NCBI GenBank assembly: GCA_025964115.1
Contig: JAOPZM010000073.1
Location: 1-60,116, forward strand
Source of the DNA: Solirubrobacterales bacterium
GTDB lineage: Bacteria; Actinomycetota; Thermoleophilia; Solirubrobacterales; Solirubrobacteraceae
Reading direction: 5' to 3'
Length of the DNA: 60,116 bases
Part shown: positions 1 to 9,114 of the stretch, one piece after another
How positions within the stretch are numbered: the first letter of the stretch is position 1
Layout of the letters: each line of letters begins with the position of its first letter
Position numbers and translations under genes: made by a program
Notes under the pieces: generated by a model
What the model was told of the DNA's origin: nothing
Seen by the model: only the letters and a program-made list of their open reading frames with translations
Databases searched by the model: none

Positions 1-2
1 CC

Positions 3-656
3 GGCACCGCGGCGGGCGCCGGGCGCGGCGTGGCCAAGGAGGTGGCCGACCCGCAGGAAGCGAGCAGCTTCCCTGTCGCGGGCGCCGTTCATCACTCGGC
101 GGCGGCCACGCCGTCGAAGGCGGGCGAAGCGATCGTCGCGGCTGGAGCGCCGTCCGACGCCGAAGTGCGCAAGGAGCTCGACCAGATGCAGGCGGTGGAA
201 CGGAGCGCCAAGCAGGCTCAGCAGCGCCAGTTCACGCCGGTCCCCGGCGGACGCTCGATCGGTGGAAATGGCGCGATCGCGATCCCCACGGGTGTCCCCG
301 AAGTGGTGCAGAAGGTGATCGCGGGCGCGAACGCGATCGCCGACTTCCCATACGTGTTCGGGGGCGGCCATGCCTCGTTCGTCGACAACGCCTATGACTG
401 CTCGGGGTCGGTGAGCTACGCGCTCGCGGCGGGAGGCCTGCTCAGCGCGCCCGAGACCTCGGGCGAACTGGAGAGCTGGGGCGCTCAGGGGCCGGGGCGC
501 TACATCACGGTCTATGCCGCGGCGGGCCACACGTACATGTACGTGGACGGCATCATGTACAACACCGCAGGGCGCAGCGGCGTGTACGCGTCCCGCTGGC
601 AGGTCGGTGCCGCGGACGGCAGCGGATTCGTCGTTCGCCACTGGCCGGGGCTGTGA
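3..656 (+). CDS. NlpC/P60-family cell-wall peptidase (probably 5'-truncated by the window edge)
   Basis: PYVFGGGH...YDCSGSVSYAL...GHTYMYV contains the catalytic Cys and His; the frame stays open to the window start. Confidence 0.85.
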   Translation, partial: GTAAGAGRGVAKEVADPQEASSFPVAGAVHHSAAATPSKAGEAIVAAGAPSDAEVRKELDQMQAVERSAKQAQQRQFTPVPGGRSIGGNGAIAIPTGVPEVVQKVIAGANAIADFPYVFGGGHASFVDNAYDCSGSVSYALAAGGLLSAPETSGELESWGAQGPGRYITVYAAAGHTYMYVDGIMYNTAGRSGVYASRWQVGAADGSGFVVRHWPGL

Positions 657-675
657 AACGCGGGCGCCGCACGGC

Positions 676-864
676 ATGCTCGGCGCGCTGACCCTGTCAC
701 TGCCATTCGCCCTCGGCGGCGAATCGGCGGGCGGGGAAGGCACCGGGATCGCCGTGATCTCCGCCGTCTCGCTGGTCGTCGGCTACCTGCTGATCGCGGC
801 GTTGTGGTACTTCGTCTTCAGCGAGCGGGCGCGCACGCGTCGCAAGGGCGGCCGCTCGGACTGA
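676..864 (+). CDS. Small single-pass membrane protein (62 aa)
   Basis: ATG at 676; hydrophobic IAVISAVSLVVGYLLIAALWYFVF followed by a basic tail. Confidence 0.6.
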   Translation: MLGALTLSLPFALGGESAGGEGTGIAVISAVSLVVGYLLIAALWYFVFSERARTRRKGGRSD

Positions 865-879
865 GGGCTGCGGGCCTGG

Positions 880-3153
880 TCAGCCGCTCAACGTCACGGT
901 GGTGAGCACCGTCGTCGTTGTGGGGCTGTGCCGGTCTGCGTTGCGTACGAACAGCCTGAGCATCAGCGGGACGCTGTGCAGCCGTGCAAGGCGTGAGGCG
1001 GTCCGTTTCGAGAACTGGATGTCGACAGTGCTGCGGCCGGCGGCGGTGGTGATGACACTCGCTCTCCCGATCACGACCTGCGGCGGGGTGCCTGCCGGGA
1101 GCCCGAGCGCTGGCGGGCCCCCGATACCCAGACGCCGTGCGATCGTTCGGCTGAGCAGGACCTCGAAGTGGCCTGCGACCTGCTCGTTGACCGAGTAGCG
1201 GACGGTTAGGCCTTTGCGCAGAGCGCGGCGAAGCGAGCGGGAGACGACCGCTGCGGCCGCGACCGGCGCGGGTAGACGCGGACTGGCGCCTGGGGTCGAG
1301 CCGCCCGGCGAACCGCCGGTCGAGGTGGACGTCGGGCTGGAGGTGGGGCTGGAGGTGGGAGTGGAGCCGCCGGCAGGAGTTTCTTTGGGTGGCACCGGCG
1401 GCGGCGGGCCGACGACGGTGAGCGGGTGGCTGACGGCAGCCACGTTGCCGACCGTGTCGGTCGCGGTCAGTGTCACCTGGTAGGTGCCTCCGTACTGGTA
1501 TGAGTGAAAGACGCTCGCCGCACACGGGCTGAGCCACGGCGTTTCGCACGCGGGCGCGCCTGGCGCGTAGCCTTCCACGGGCGCCGTGCCGTCGCCGAAT
1601 TCCCACTTGTACTTGGCGTAGGTCTTGACAGCAGCGCCTTCGTTGTAGGTGAACTGCGCGTTGAGCGTGAGGTCTGACTCCATCCCGTCGAAGCCGACGG
1701 TTTCACCGCTGTTGACCGTGTTCGGAGCGGTGAATTCCGGTATTAGGTTGACGCCAGGAATGCATGGAACACTCGGGTAGGGCAGCAGGGACGACGCGAG
1801 GTCGAACGCCATGTTCAGGTAGTAGCTGTGGCCGTTCAGCGTCTGGTTGAAGAGCGTGCCGGCACCCGATTCAGGGCCGGCGGACGCACCGCCGCCGGCG
1901 TGCCCTCCGGCGAAGAAGTTCCGGCACTGGTCCGTGGCCTCTTTTTTGCCTTTGTTGTCCTGCCATGCGTTCAAGAGCGGGTTGGTCACGATGTTCTGCT
2001 GCTCAACGGAGATCTGGTTGACGATCAGGTCGGCGAGGCCCGCGTCGCACAGGCCGTCCTGGAAGTTCGGGCAGGCGAGCTGGTTCGGCTCTTGGTCGTG
2101 CGGGCCCTGAAGCGCTTTCAGCGCTTCGAGCTGTTCTTTTTCTTCGGGCGTCTTCCCTTGGAATTCTTTTTCTTCCTGCGCGTTCCTCGGTTTGATTTTC
2201 TCTCGTTCCATGGGCGGTTTGCTGCTCGGATTCCAGCCGCCGTCCTGGCAGTACGCCGCCTGTCCCGCGATCAGTGAGCCCGTGCCTCGGCCGGCGCTTC
2301 CCGCGGTCCACGGCACGACCCCGTAGAGGATCGTGTTGCCATCGCCGAGCGGGCTTCCGCCCGGGTTGATCGCCGAATGGTAGCTGCAGATCGCTTTTTG
2401 ATAGCTCGCGCTTTCATACCGGTTTTGTTCGATTTCCAGCGTCGAGCGTTCGAATTCGGTGCAGCGAGTCGCCAGCGCGTCGACGCAGACGGTCACGCCG
2501 GGGGGGGTCATGAGGTAGTAGATCGTGCCCATCCCCGTGGGAAGCCCGTGGGCTGCGATGAACCCTGTGAGCTCGGCCTGCATCTGAGCGTCGGTGAGGC
2601 ACGTGAACACGCTCGGGCTGGCGCAGCCTTTTGCTGGGTATTGGTGGGTATCGGTGTAGGCGACGCGGAAGCTCGACTGGTAATAGGCCGGCTTGTCGGT
2701 GAAGTCGGTGTACTGCGCGTCGACCGCGAACACGCTGGCGAGCGAGCCGCTGCTGGCACCCATCGACTGCATGAAGGTGTTGATCAGGTGCTGCCAGTCG
2801 GGGTTGTAGTGGTCGGTCGGGTCCCAGTAGATGGCGTATGTGTTCGCGCCGTGCACAACAGGGTAGGCGCTGGGGTTGCGAAACGATGCCGGACCCGTGT
2901 TTTCCGTGACCGTGAATTTTTCGGTGCTTTCGTTGAAGCCCTGTTCGAACCGGCCGTCCACGAAGGACGCCTGATTGACCGCCTGCAGGCCGACCTTGGT
3001 TCCTTCGACTTCCGTCACAACCGCGCGTGCCGGCGTGGCGACCATCAGGAGCGCCGTGACAGCAGCCGACGCCGCGAGCGCGCTCGTCAAGAGCTGCACG
3101 GGGCGCGCATGGGCGTGATCGCGCCGGAGGAGCAGGCGGGCAAAGATCGTCAC
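880..3153 (-). CDS. Secreted PKD-domain protein with a Phi-1/EXORDIUM-like N-terminal domain
   Basis: Signal peptide (..ATPARA); YAIYWDP, ICSYHS, TNPLLNAW; PKD signature YKWEFGDG...HSYQYGGTYQVTLTATD; P/T/S linker. Confidence 0.75.
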   Translation of the reverse strand: MTIFARLLLRRDHAHARPVQLLTSALAASAAVTALLMVATPARAVVTEVEGTKVGLQAVNQASFVDGRFEQGFNESTEKFTVTENTGPASFRNPSAYPVVHGANTYAIYWDPTDHYNPDWQHLINTFMQSMGASSGSLASVFAVDAQYTDFTDKPAYYQSSFRVAYTDTHQYPAKGCASPSVFTCLTDAQMQAELTGFIAAHGLPTGMGTIYYLMTPPGVTVCVDALATRCTEFERSTLEIEQNRYESASYQKAICSYHSAINPGGSPLGDGNTILYGVVPWTAGSAGRGTGSLIAGQAAYCQDGGWNPSSKPPMEREKIKPRNAQEEKEFQGKTPEEKEQLEALKALQGPHDQEPNQLACPNFQDGLCDAGLADLIVNQISVEQQNIVTNPLLNAWQDNKGKKEATDQCRNFFAGGHAGGGASAGPESGAGTLFNQTLNGHSYYLNMAFDLASSLLPYPSVPCIPGVNLIPEFTAPNTVNSGETVGFDGMESDLTLNAQFTYNEGAAVKTYAKYKWEFGDGTAPVEGYAPGAPACETPWLSPCAASVFHSYQYGGTYQVTLTATDTVGNVAAVSHPLTVVGPPPPVPPKETPAGGSTPTSSPTSSPTSTSTGGSPGGSTPGASPRLPAPVAAAAVVSRSLRRALRKGLTVRYSVNEQVAGHFEVLLSRTIARRLGIGGPPALGLPAGTPPQVVIGRASVITTAAGRSTVDIQFSKRTASRLARLHSVPLMLRLFVRNADRHSPTTTTVLTTVTLSG

Positions 3154-3276
3154 GCTGGCCGTATCGGCATGCCTGAGGGGATGCCTTAGCGCGGTGGACG
3201 AACCTGTTAGCGGGCGAGGTCACCGAGGCTCGCTCGAGGCGAGCTCGAGACGCCGATTCGGCGGCCGCGGCGCTCG

Positions 3277-4032
3277 CTAGTGGCCGGCGGCGGTGCTGTG
3301 CCGGTGTGCCCTCGCCGCTTCGGCCCGGGCCTTCATGGCGGCGGCGGCCGCTCGGTAGGCGGCCACGAGATCGCTGAAGGTTTCGCGCGAGGTCTCGCCG
3401 ACAGCGGGCATTTCCTGCGGGTTGGTCGTGCCCAGCGGCTCCATGCCGAGCTCGAGATGGGGAGCGGAGGAGATGCCCACGGTGCCGCAGCCGACATCCG
3501 CTATGGGCTGGCCGGCGCTGACATGCGCGCCCACCGGCACAAGCGCCGGCGCCGCGTGCCCGTAGTAGATGTAACGCCCGCGGTCGGGTCCGCTTTCGAG
3601 AAGCAACACCGGCGCGGAGGATCCGAAGCCGTCCAGGCCCTCGTGGACGATCGTCCCGTTCGCGACGGCGAGCTCCTGCAACCTTGGGCCGCACTGGTTC
3701 GCGTTGCCCCCGAGGTCGACACCCTGGTCGAGTGACCACCAGCTCCTCGCCGCGACGCGCGCGAGCGGATAGAGCGGGAAGACCCAGCCATGGGCGCTCG
3801 GCGGATAGGGGGAGCGCGCGAACACCTGCACCGGGCCGCCCGTTGGAGCGCTCGGGTTCGTCCCTCCGTTCGGGCCGCCCTGCGGGGGTGCGGTGGCAGG
3901 CGGGGGCGTGGGAGGGGTCGCGGACGGGACTGCCGTGCCTCCCGTGGCACCGGCGAACGCGATACCCACCATTCTCGATGCCCCGGCCAGCGAGACAAGC
4001 ACGAGGCCTAACGCGTACGTCCGTCGCCGCAA
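3277..4032 (-). CDS. M23/LytM-family peptidase-like secreted protein
   Basis: TTG start after an AAAGG RBS; DQGVDL, YIYYGH, VPVGAHVSAGQPIADVG, SAPHLE. Confidence 0.85.
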   Translation of the reverse strand: MRRRTYALGLVLVSLAGASRMVGIAFAGATGGTAVPSATPPTPPPATAPPQGGPNGGTNPSAPTGGPVQVFARSPYPPSAHGWVFPLYPLARVAARSWWSLDQGVDLGGNANQCGPRLQELAVANGTIVHEGLDGFGSSAPVLLLESGPDRGRYIYYGHAAPALVPVGAHVSAGQPIADVGCGTVGISSAPHLELGMEPLGTTNPQEMPAVGETSRETFSDLVAAYRAAAAAMKARAEAARAHRHSTAAGH

Positions 4033-4044
4033 ACTGAGCCTTTC

Positions 4045-4162
4045 GTCGGCCGACGGGGTTAGCTGACGGGCTAGCGACTTGCGCCTCCCGCGGATTACCG
4101 CGGAACTCGCCCCAACAACTCGGTTCCCCCGCTCCGGGACGCCTGCCCCGGATTAGGCGCGC
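4045..4162 (-). ncRNA. c-di-AMP riboswitch (ydaO/yuaA)
   Basis: Minus strand reads CGCCTAATCC...GGAGCGGGGGAACC...TGGGGCGAGT...AGCCCGTCAGCTAACCCCGTCGGC, matching the ydaO-yuaA consensus; it lies directly upstream of a cell-wall peptidase. Confidence 0.92.
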
Positions 4163-4211
4163 ACAAGAGTAGCGGAACCGCAGGACGAGCGTGCAGGAAC
4201 CGTTTCGCTCC

Positions 4212-5114
4212 TCAGGCCGGGCCCTGGTAGAGCTGGCGCAGCAGGCCGTTCATGACAGGAGAGGTCTCACCCGGCGCCGGGCAGCACGTCGAGCCCCCCG
4301 GCGGCGTCAGGCCGATCTCGAGGTGCGGCCCAGAGGAGAGGCCCACGATGCCGCATCCAACCTCCGCGACGGGCTGGCCCGCGAGCACGTGTTCGCCCAC
4401 CGTTACGAGCGCGGGCGCGGCATGCCCGTAGTAGATGTACCAGCCCGCGTACGGGCCGCTGTCGATGCGGATCACCGGCGCCGAGGGTCCGAAGCCCGAG
4501 ATTCCCTCGCGGACCACGGTGCCGGCCGTGAGCGCGACCTCGATCGCGGCATTTCCGCAGGCGCCGTGCGCCGTCGCTATGTCGATGCCCTGGTCTTCGC
4601 TCCACGCCTGCGGTGCGATCGCCACGGCGACGGGCTGGATCGGGAACGCCCACACACCGCCACCACCGCCGCCAACGTATGTCGCCCCCTGTTCGAAGGA
4701 CTGCGCCGTGTTGCCCTGGGGCAGGATGATCCCGGCTTTGCGCGCCAGCGCGATTTCCGCGCGGATCTGAGCGTCCGACGGAGCGCCGGGCGCGACGTAG
4801 CTTCCGCCGGAGCTTGCACCGGAGGGCAACACGTCTGCCTTTCCGACCTTGCCGGAGACCTCTTTCTTGTCGAGTTCGCTCGCGGGCTTGCTCGGGGGCA
4901 GCGGTAGCGCCCGCTTCGCCGCGTGCCCGTGACTCCCGGTGCCGGCTGAAGCTCCCGCGGACCCGGTCGCCGGGTCGGCCTGGCTCCGGACCTGCGGCGC
5001 GCTGCTCGCCGTCGCCTTCGTGTGAGCCGGCGTGCCAGCAGATCCGCAGGCCGTGAGCGCGAGCGCCGAGGCGCCCATGCACGCGAGGCCGGTCAGGGCG
5101 CGGCGGCTTGACAT
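4212..5114 (-). CDS. M23/LytM-family peptidase-like lipoprotein
   Basis: Lipobox LTAC; EDQGIDI, YIYYGH, GPHLEIG; TAACAT -10 box 7 nt before the ATG (leaderless). Confidence 0.85.
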   Translation of the reverse strand: MSSRRALTGLACMGASALALTACGSAGTPAHTKATASSAPQVRSQADPATGSAGASAGTGSHGHAAKRALPLPPSKPASELDKKEVSGKVGKADVLPSGASSGGSYVAPGAPSDAQIRAEIALARKAGIILPQGNTAQSFEQGATYVGGGGGGVWAFPIQPVAVAIAPQAWSEDQGIDIATAHGACGNAAIEVALTAGTVVREGISGFGPSAPVIRIDSGPYAGWYIYYGHAAPALVTVGEHVLAGQPVAEVGCGIVGLSSGPHLEIGLTPPGGSTCCPAPGETSPVMNGLLRQLYQGPA

Positions 5115-5256
5115 CGCAGCGATGTTAGACCCGCATGCGTCGCGCGAGCAGCGGCTTACGGTGCGGTTCTAGTTCGCTCGTGCGCATGCGCTCTTATACT
5201 TGGACCGCCTCGGCCGGTCCCTGGATCGGGGTTCCTTACAACTCCAGGAGGTTCAG

Positions 5257-6162
5257 ATGAGCAAGCTGGTCGCGCGTATCGGTGCACCCGTGCTTGCCGT
5301 GCTCGCAATGGCGGGATGTGGCAGCAGCAGTTCGTCCACCAGCACGTCGACGCCGCCCACGTCGAGCACGTCGACGCCGAGCGCGAACGCGGCGATCGCC
5401 GGGCAGGTACCGGCCGCGATCAAATCCAAAGGGACGTTGAACGTCGCGACCGAAGCTCAGTACGCCCCGAACGAGTTCATCGCACCGGACGGCCACACGG
5501 TGATCGGCATGGATGCGGACCTGATCAGCGCGATCGCAGCCGAGATGGGGCTGAAAACGAACCTGATCAACTCGAACTTCGAAACGATCATCCCGGGGCT
5601 TGCGGCCGGCAGGTACGACCTCGGCGTGTCGTCGTTCACCGACACCAAAGAACGCGAGAAGACGGTCGACTTCGTCACCTACTACTCCGCCGGCATCTCC
5701 TTCTACGCGAAGACGTCGGCGAACACCGGCGTGAGCAAGATCTCCGACCTCTGCGGCAAGACGGTCGCAGTCGAGAAGGGGACCACGGAGCTCGAAGAAG
5801 CGACCAAGCAGAACGGCAAGTGCACCAAAGAAGGCAAGAAGGCGGTCAACGTGCTCAGCTTCCCGGGCCAGAACCCCGTCAACCTCGCGATCGCGAGCGG
5901 ACGCGCGGAACTCGGGATGGTCGACTCACCAGTCGCCGCCTACCAGATCAAAAAGACGGGCGGCCAGTTCAAGCTCATCGGCGAAAGCTACGGCTTCGCG
6001 CCCTACGGGATCGCGGTTCCCAAGAACAGCGGCATGGCGACTCCGATCCTGGCCGCGCTGAAGGCACTGATGGCAAACGGAACCTACGGCCAGATACTCA
6101 CCAAGTGGGGCATCCAGTCCGGAGCGATCAGCACGCCCAAGATCAACGGGGCGACCAGCTGA
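5257..6162 (+). CDS. Polar amino-acid ABC transporter substrate-binding lipoprotein
   Basis: AGGAGG RBS before ATG 5257; lipobox MAGC; SBP family 3 motifs (FETIIPGLAAGRYDL, TKEREKTVDF); TATACT at ~5194. Confidence 0.92.
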   Translation: MSKLVARIGAPVLAVLAMAGCGSSSSSTSTSTPPTSSTSTPSANAAIAGQVPAAIKSKGTLNVATEAQYAPNEFIAPDGHTVIGMDADLISAIAAEMGLKTNLINSNFETIIPGLAAGRYDLGVSSFTDTKEREKTVDFVTYYSAGISFYAKTSANTGVSKISDLCGKTVAVEKGTTELEEATKQNGKCTKEGKKAVNVLSFPGQNPVNLAIASGRAELGMVDSPVAAYQIKKTGGQFKLIGESYGFAPYGIAVPKNSGMATPILAALKALMANGTYGQILTKWGIQSGAISTPKINGATS

Positions 6163-6173
6163 GCTGATGCGCG

Positions 6174-7133
6174 GTGCCCTCCGCTGAGGTCACCGACAGC
6201 GAGGGGCGGCCCGAGGACATTCGGGCCGTCCCGGTACGGCGCCCTGGGCGCTGGGTGGCCGCCGCGATCGTCCTGGTCGTGGCGGTCGCGGTCGTCCGTT
6301 CGATCGTCACAAACCCGCATTTCGAATGGAGCGTCGTCGGGAACTACCTGTTCGACGAACGCGTCCTCGAAGGCCTGAGGGTGACGATCGAGCTGACGGT
6401 GATCGCGATGGCGATCGGGATCGTCCTCGGCATGTTGCTGGCCGTCATGCGCCTCTCGCCCAACCCCCTCGTGTCCGGCGGGAGCTGGCTCTACATCTGG
6501 TTCTTTCGCGGCACGCCCGTGCTCGTGCAGCTGCTCTTCTGGTACAACATCGCCGCGCTCTACCCGAAGATCGCACTCGGCATACCCTTCGGCCCGGCGT
6601 TCGTGCACCCGAACGCCAACACGTTGATAACCCCGTTCGCCGCGGCGATCCTGGGTCTCGGGCTCAACGAGGGCGCGTACATGGCGGAGATCACGCGCGC
6701 GGGCATCATTTCGGTGCCCGAGGGGCAGGCGGACGCCGCGCGATCGCTCGGCATGACCCGCCTGCAGACGATGCGAAGGATCGTGCTGCCGCAGGCGATG
6801 CGGGTGATCATCCCGCCGACCGGCAACGAGACGATCTCGATGCTGAAGACGACATCGCTCGTCAGCGTGATCGCTGTGGCGGATCTCCTCTACGCCGTGC
6901 AGAACATCTACTCGACGAACTTCAAAACGATCCCGCTTCTGATCGTCGCCAGTATCTGGTACATCGTCTGCACGAGTGTTCTCTACGTCGGCCAGTACTA
7001 CCTCGAGCGCTACTACGGACGCGGTTCCTCGCGTGATGAGCAGGGCCCACTCGCTGGGCGGGTGCTGCGCGGGGTGCTGAGCTTCACGCGCCCCGGCGCG
7101 TCCTTCCGGCCCAGTGGAGGCGAGCATCGGTGA
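6174..7133 (+). CDS. Amino-acid ABC transporter permease
   Basis: [10 protein letters not shown]; EAA-loop [26 protein letters not shown]. Confidence 0.95.
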   Translation: MPSAEVTDSEGRPEDIRAVPVRRPGRWVAAAIVLVVAVAVVRSIVTNPHFEWSVVGNYLFDERVLEGLRVTIELTVIAMAIGIVLGMLLAVMRLSPNPLVSGGSWLYIWFFRGTPVLVQLLFWYNIAALYPKIALGIPFGPAFVHPNANTLITPFAAAILGLGLNEGAYMAEITRAGIISVPEGQADAARSLGMTRLQTMRRIVLPQAMRVIIPPTGNETISMLKTTSLVSVIAVADLLYAVQNIYSTNFKTIPLLIVASIWYIVCTSVLYVGQYYLERYYGRGSSRDEQGPLAGRVLRGVLSFTRPGASFRPSGGEHR

Positions 7134-7894
7134 GCGAGCCCATGGTGAAGGCCGAGGGCGTGCACAAGCGCTTCGGAAGGCTGGAGGTGCTCAAGGGAAT
7201 CACGCTGCAGGTGATGCCCGGTGAGGTCATGTGCCTGCTGGGACCCTCGGGCTCGGGCAAGTCGACCTTCCTGCGTTGCATAAACCACCTCGAGAAGATC
7301 AACTCGGGGCGCCTGTCCGTCGACGGCGAGCTGGTCGGTTACCGCCAGGTGGGCGACCGCCTGCACGAGCTGCGCGAATCGGAGGTCGCGCGAAAGCGCG
7401 CGGAGATCGGGATGGTCTTCCAGAACTTCAACCTGTTCCCCAACATGACGGCCCTCGACAACGTCACGTGCGCGCCGATCCGGGTGAAGGGAACCTCCCG
7501 GGACGCGGCAGCGGCACGGGCGCGGGAGGAGCTCGCACGGGTCGGGCTTCCGGACAAGTTGGACTGCTATCCGGCGCAGCTCTCGGGCGGGCAGCAGCAG
7601 CGGGTCGCGATCGCCCGGGCACTCGCGATGGACCCCAAGCTGATGCTCTTCGACGAGCCCACCTCGGCGCTGGATCCGGAGTTGGTGGGAGAGGTGCTGC
7701 AGGCGATGAAGCGGCTTGCCACCGAGGGCATGACGATGGTCGTGGTCACGCACGAGATGGGCTTTGCCCGAGAGGTCGCCGACTCCGTCGTGTTCATGGA
7801 CGCCGGCCTGGTGGTCGAGGCCGGAAGCCCGGCCGAGGTGCTGGCCAACCCGCGCGAGGAGCGCACCAGGGCGTTCCTCTCCAAGGTGCTGTAG
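7130..7894 (+). CDS. Amino-acid ABC transporter ATP-binding protein (GlnQ-like)
   Basis: [34 protein letters not shown]. Confidence 0.96.
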   Translation: MSEPMVKAEGVHKRFGRLEVLKGITLQVMPGEVMCLLGPSGSGKSTFLRCINHLEKINSGRLSVDGELVGYRQVGDRLHELRESEVARKRAEIGMVFQNFNLFPNMTALDNVTCAPIRVKGTSRDAAAARAREELARVGLPDKLDCYPAQLSGGQQQRVAIARALAMDPKLMLFDEPTSALDPELVGEVLQAMKRLATEGMTMVVVTHEMGFAREVADSVVFMDAGLVVEAGSPAEVLANPREERTRAFLSKVL

Positions 7895-7905
7895 CGCCCG
7901 GCGCC

Positions 7906-9009
7906 TCAGCCGAGATGGGCGTCGAGGCGCTCGAGCGCCTGCGGCAGGCTCGCCCGTCCGAACCCGAAGCGCACGTGCCGGGGCTCCTCATAGACGGCGC
8001 CGGGAAGCAGCAGCACGCCCGCGTTCATCGCCGTCTCTTCGCACCACGCCTGTACGTCGAAGGCGCCCGCGACGCGCGGAAAGCCGATCGGCCCGGCCTT
8101 CGGGCGCACCCAATCGAACAGGTCGTGCCGTCGATCGAGGAAGGCGTCGAGGAGTGGCAGGTTGGACACGACCAGCCGTCTGCTGCGCTCGACGAGTGCG
8201 TCGCCGTGGCGCAGCGCGAGAGCGACGAGCAGCTCGCTCGGGGCGCTCGAGCAGATGGTCGTGTACAGCTTCAGCTCCCTGACGCGGTCGATCAACGCGG
8301 GATCGCGGCTCGCGAGCCAGCCGATTCGGAGCCCGGGCAGCCCGTATGCCTTTGACACGCTGTTCAGGGAGATCGCCCGCTCGTAGAGGTCGCTTGCTGG
8401 CGGGAGGCGGTCCGCCGGATCGTGCTCGAGTCCGCGGTAGACCTCGTCGCTGAAGAGGATGATCGAGCGCCCGCGGGCGATCTCGACGAGCCGCTCGAAG
8501 GCCGCCCTCGACATCTGCGAGCCGGTCGGGTTGTGCGGGCTGTTCACATAGATCAACCGCGTGTCGGCGCGCAGGAGGCTCTCGAGCTCCTCCAGGTCGT
8601 AGGCCCATCCGTCCTCGTGGTGGCGCCGCCAGAGGCTCACCTCCGCGCCCGTGCTGCGGGCGACGTCGATCGCCGAGCCATAGGCCGGTGCCTCGACGAC
8701 CGCGTGATCGCCTGGGCCGAGGAGCGCGTGGTAGGCGATGAAGATGCCCTCCTCGGCTGCGGCCAGCGTAAGCACGTCCTGGGGCTGGGCGCGCTCGTAG
8801 CGGCCCGCAACGGCGGTGCGGAGCTCGAGCGAGCCGGGAACCTCGGTGTAGCCGAGATCCAGCACGCGCAGGCGCTCCTCAGCGTCCGGCTCCAGCGCCA
8901 GCAGGTCACTCACGGATAGCGACTCGCAGTCGCTGCTGGAGAGCATCAGCTCGGCGCGAAACTCCCAGCGCTCGTAGAAGCGCTCGATTGCAAACGGTCT
9001 GATCTCCAT
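7906..9009 (-). CDS. PLP-dependent aminotransferase class I/II
   Basis: NSPHNPTG, DEVY, SVSKAYGLPGLRIGW (PLP-binding Lys). Confidence 0.92.
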   Translation of the reverse strand: MEIRPFAIERFYERWEFRAELMLSSSDCESLSVSDLLALEPDAEERLRVLDLGYTEVPGSLELRTAVAGRYERAQPQDVLTLAAAEEGIFIAYHALLGPGDHAVVEAPAYGSAIDVARSTGAEVSLWRRHHEDGWAYDLEELESLLRADTRLIYVNSPHNPTGSQMSRAAFERLVEIARGRSIILFSDEVYRGLEHDPADRLPPASDLYERAISLNSVSKAYGLPGLRIGWLASRDPALIDRVRELKLYTTICSSAPSELLVALALRHGDALVERSRRLVVSNLPLLDAFLDRRHDLFDWVRPKAGPIGFPRVAGAFDVQAWCEETAMNAGVLLLPGAVYEEPRHVRFGFGRASLPQALERLDAHLG

Positions 9010-9114
9010 CTCCCTGGATGCTATGCGTCAGCGTGCCCCCTCGGATATTCGTCCAGAGGCCCCCACAACTCGGACAAAACATGACCTGCGGACCGATCTG
9101 GCCCTACCGCTCGC

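Noticed and set aside
5133-5190. Imperfect inverted repeat in the M23/ABC divergent promoter region
   Set aside because: Built from GC-rich self-complementary words; too weak to call an operator or RNA
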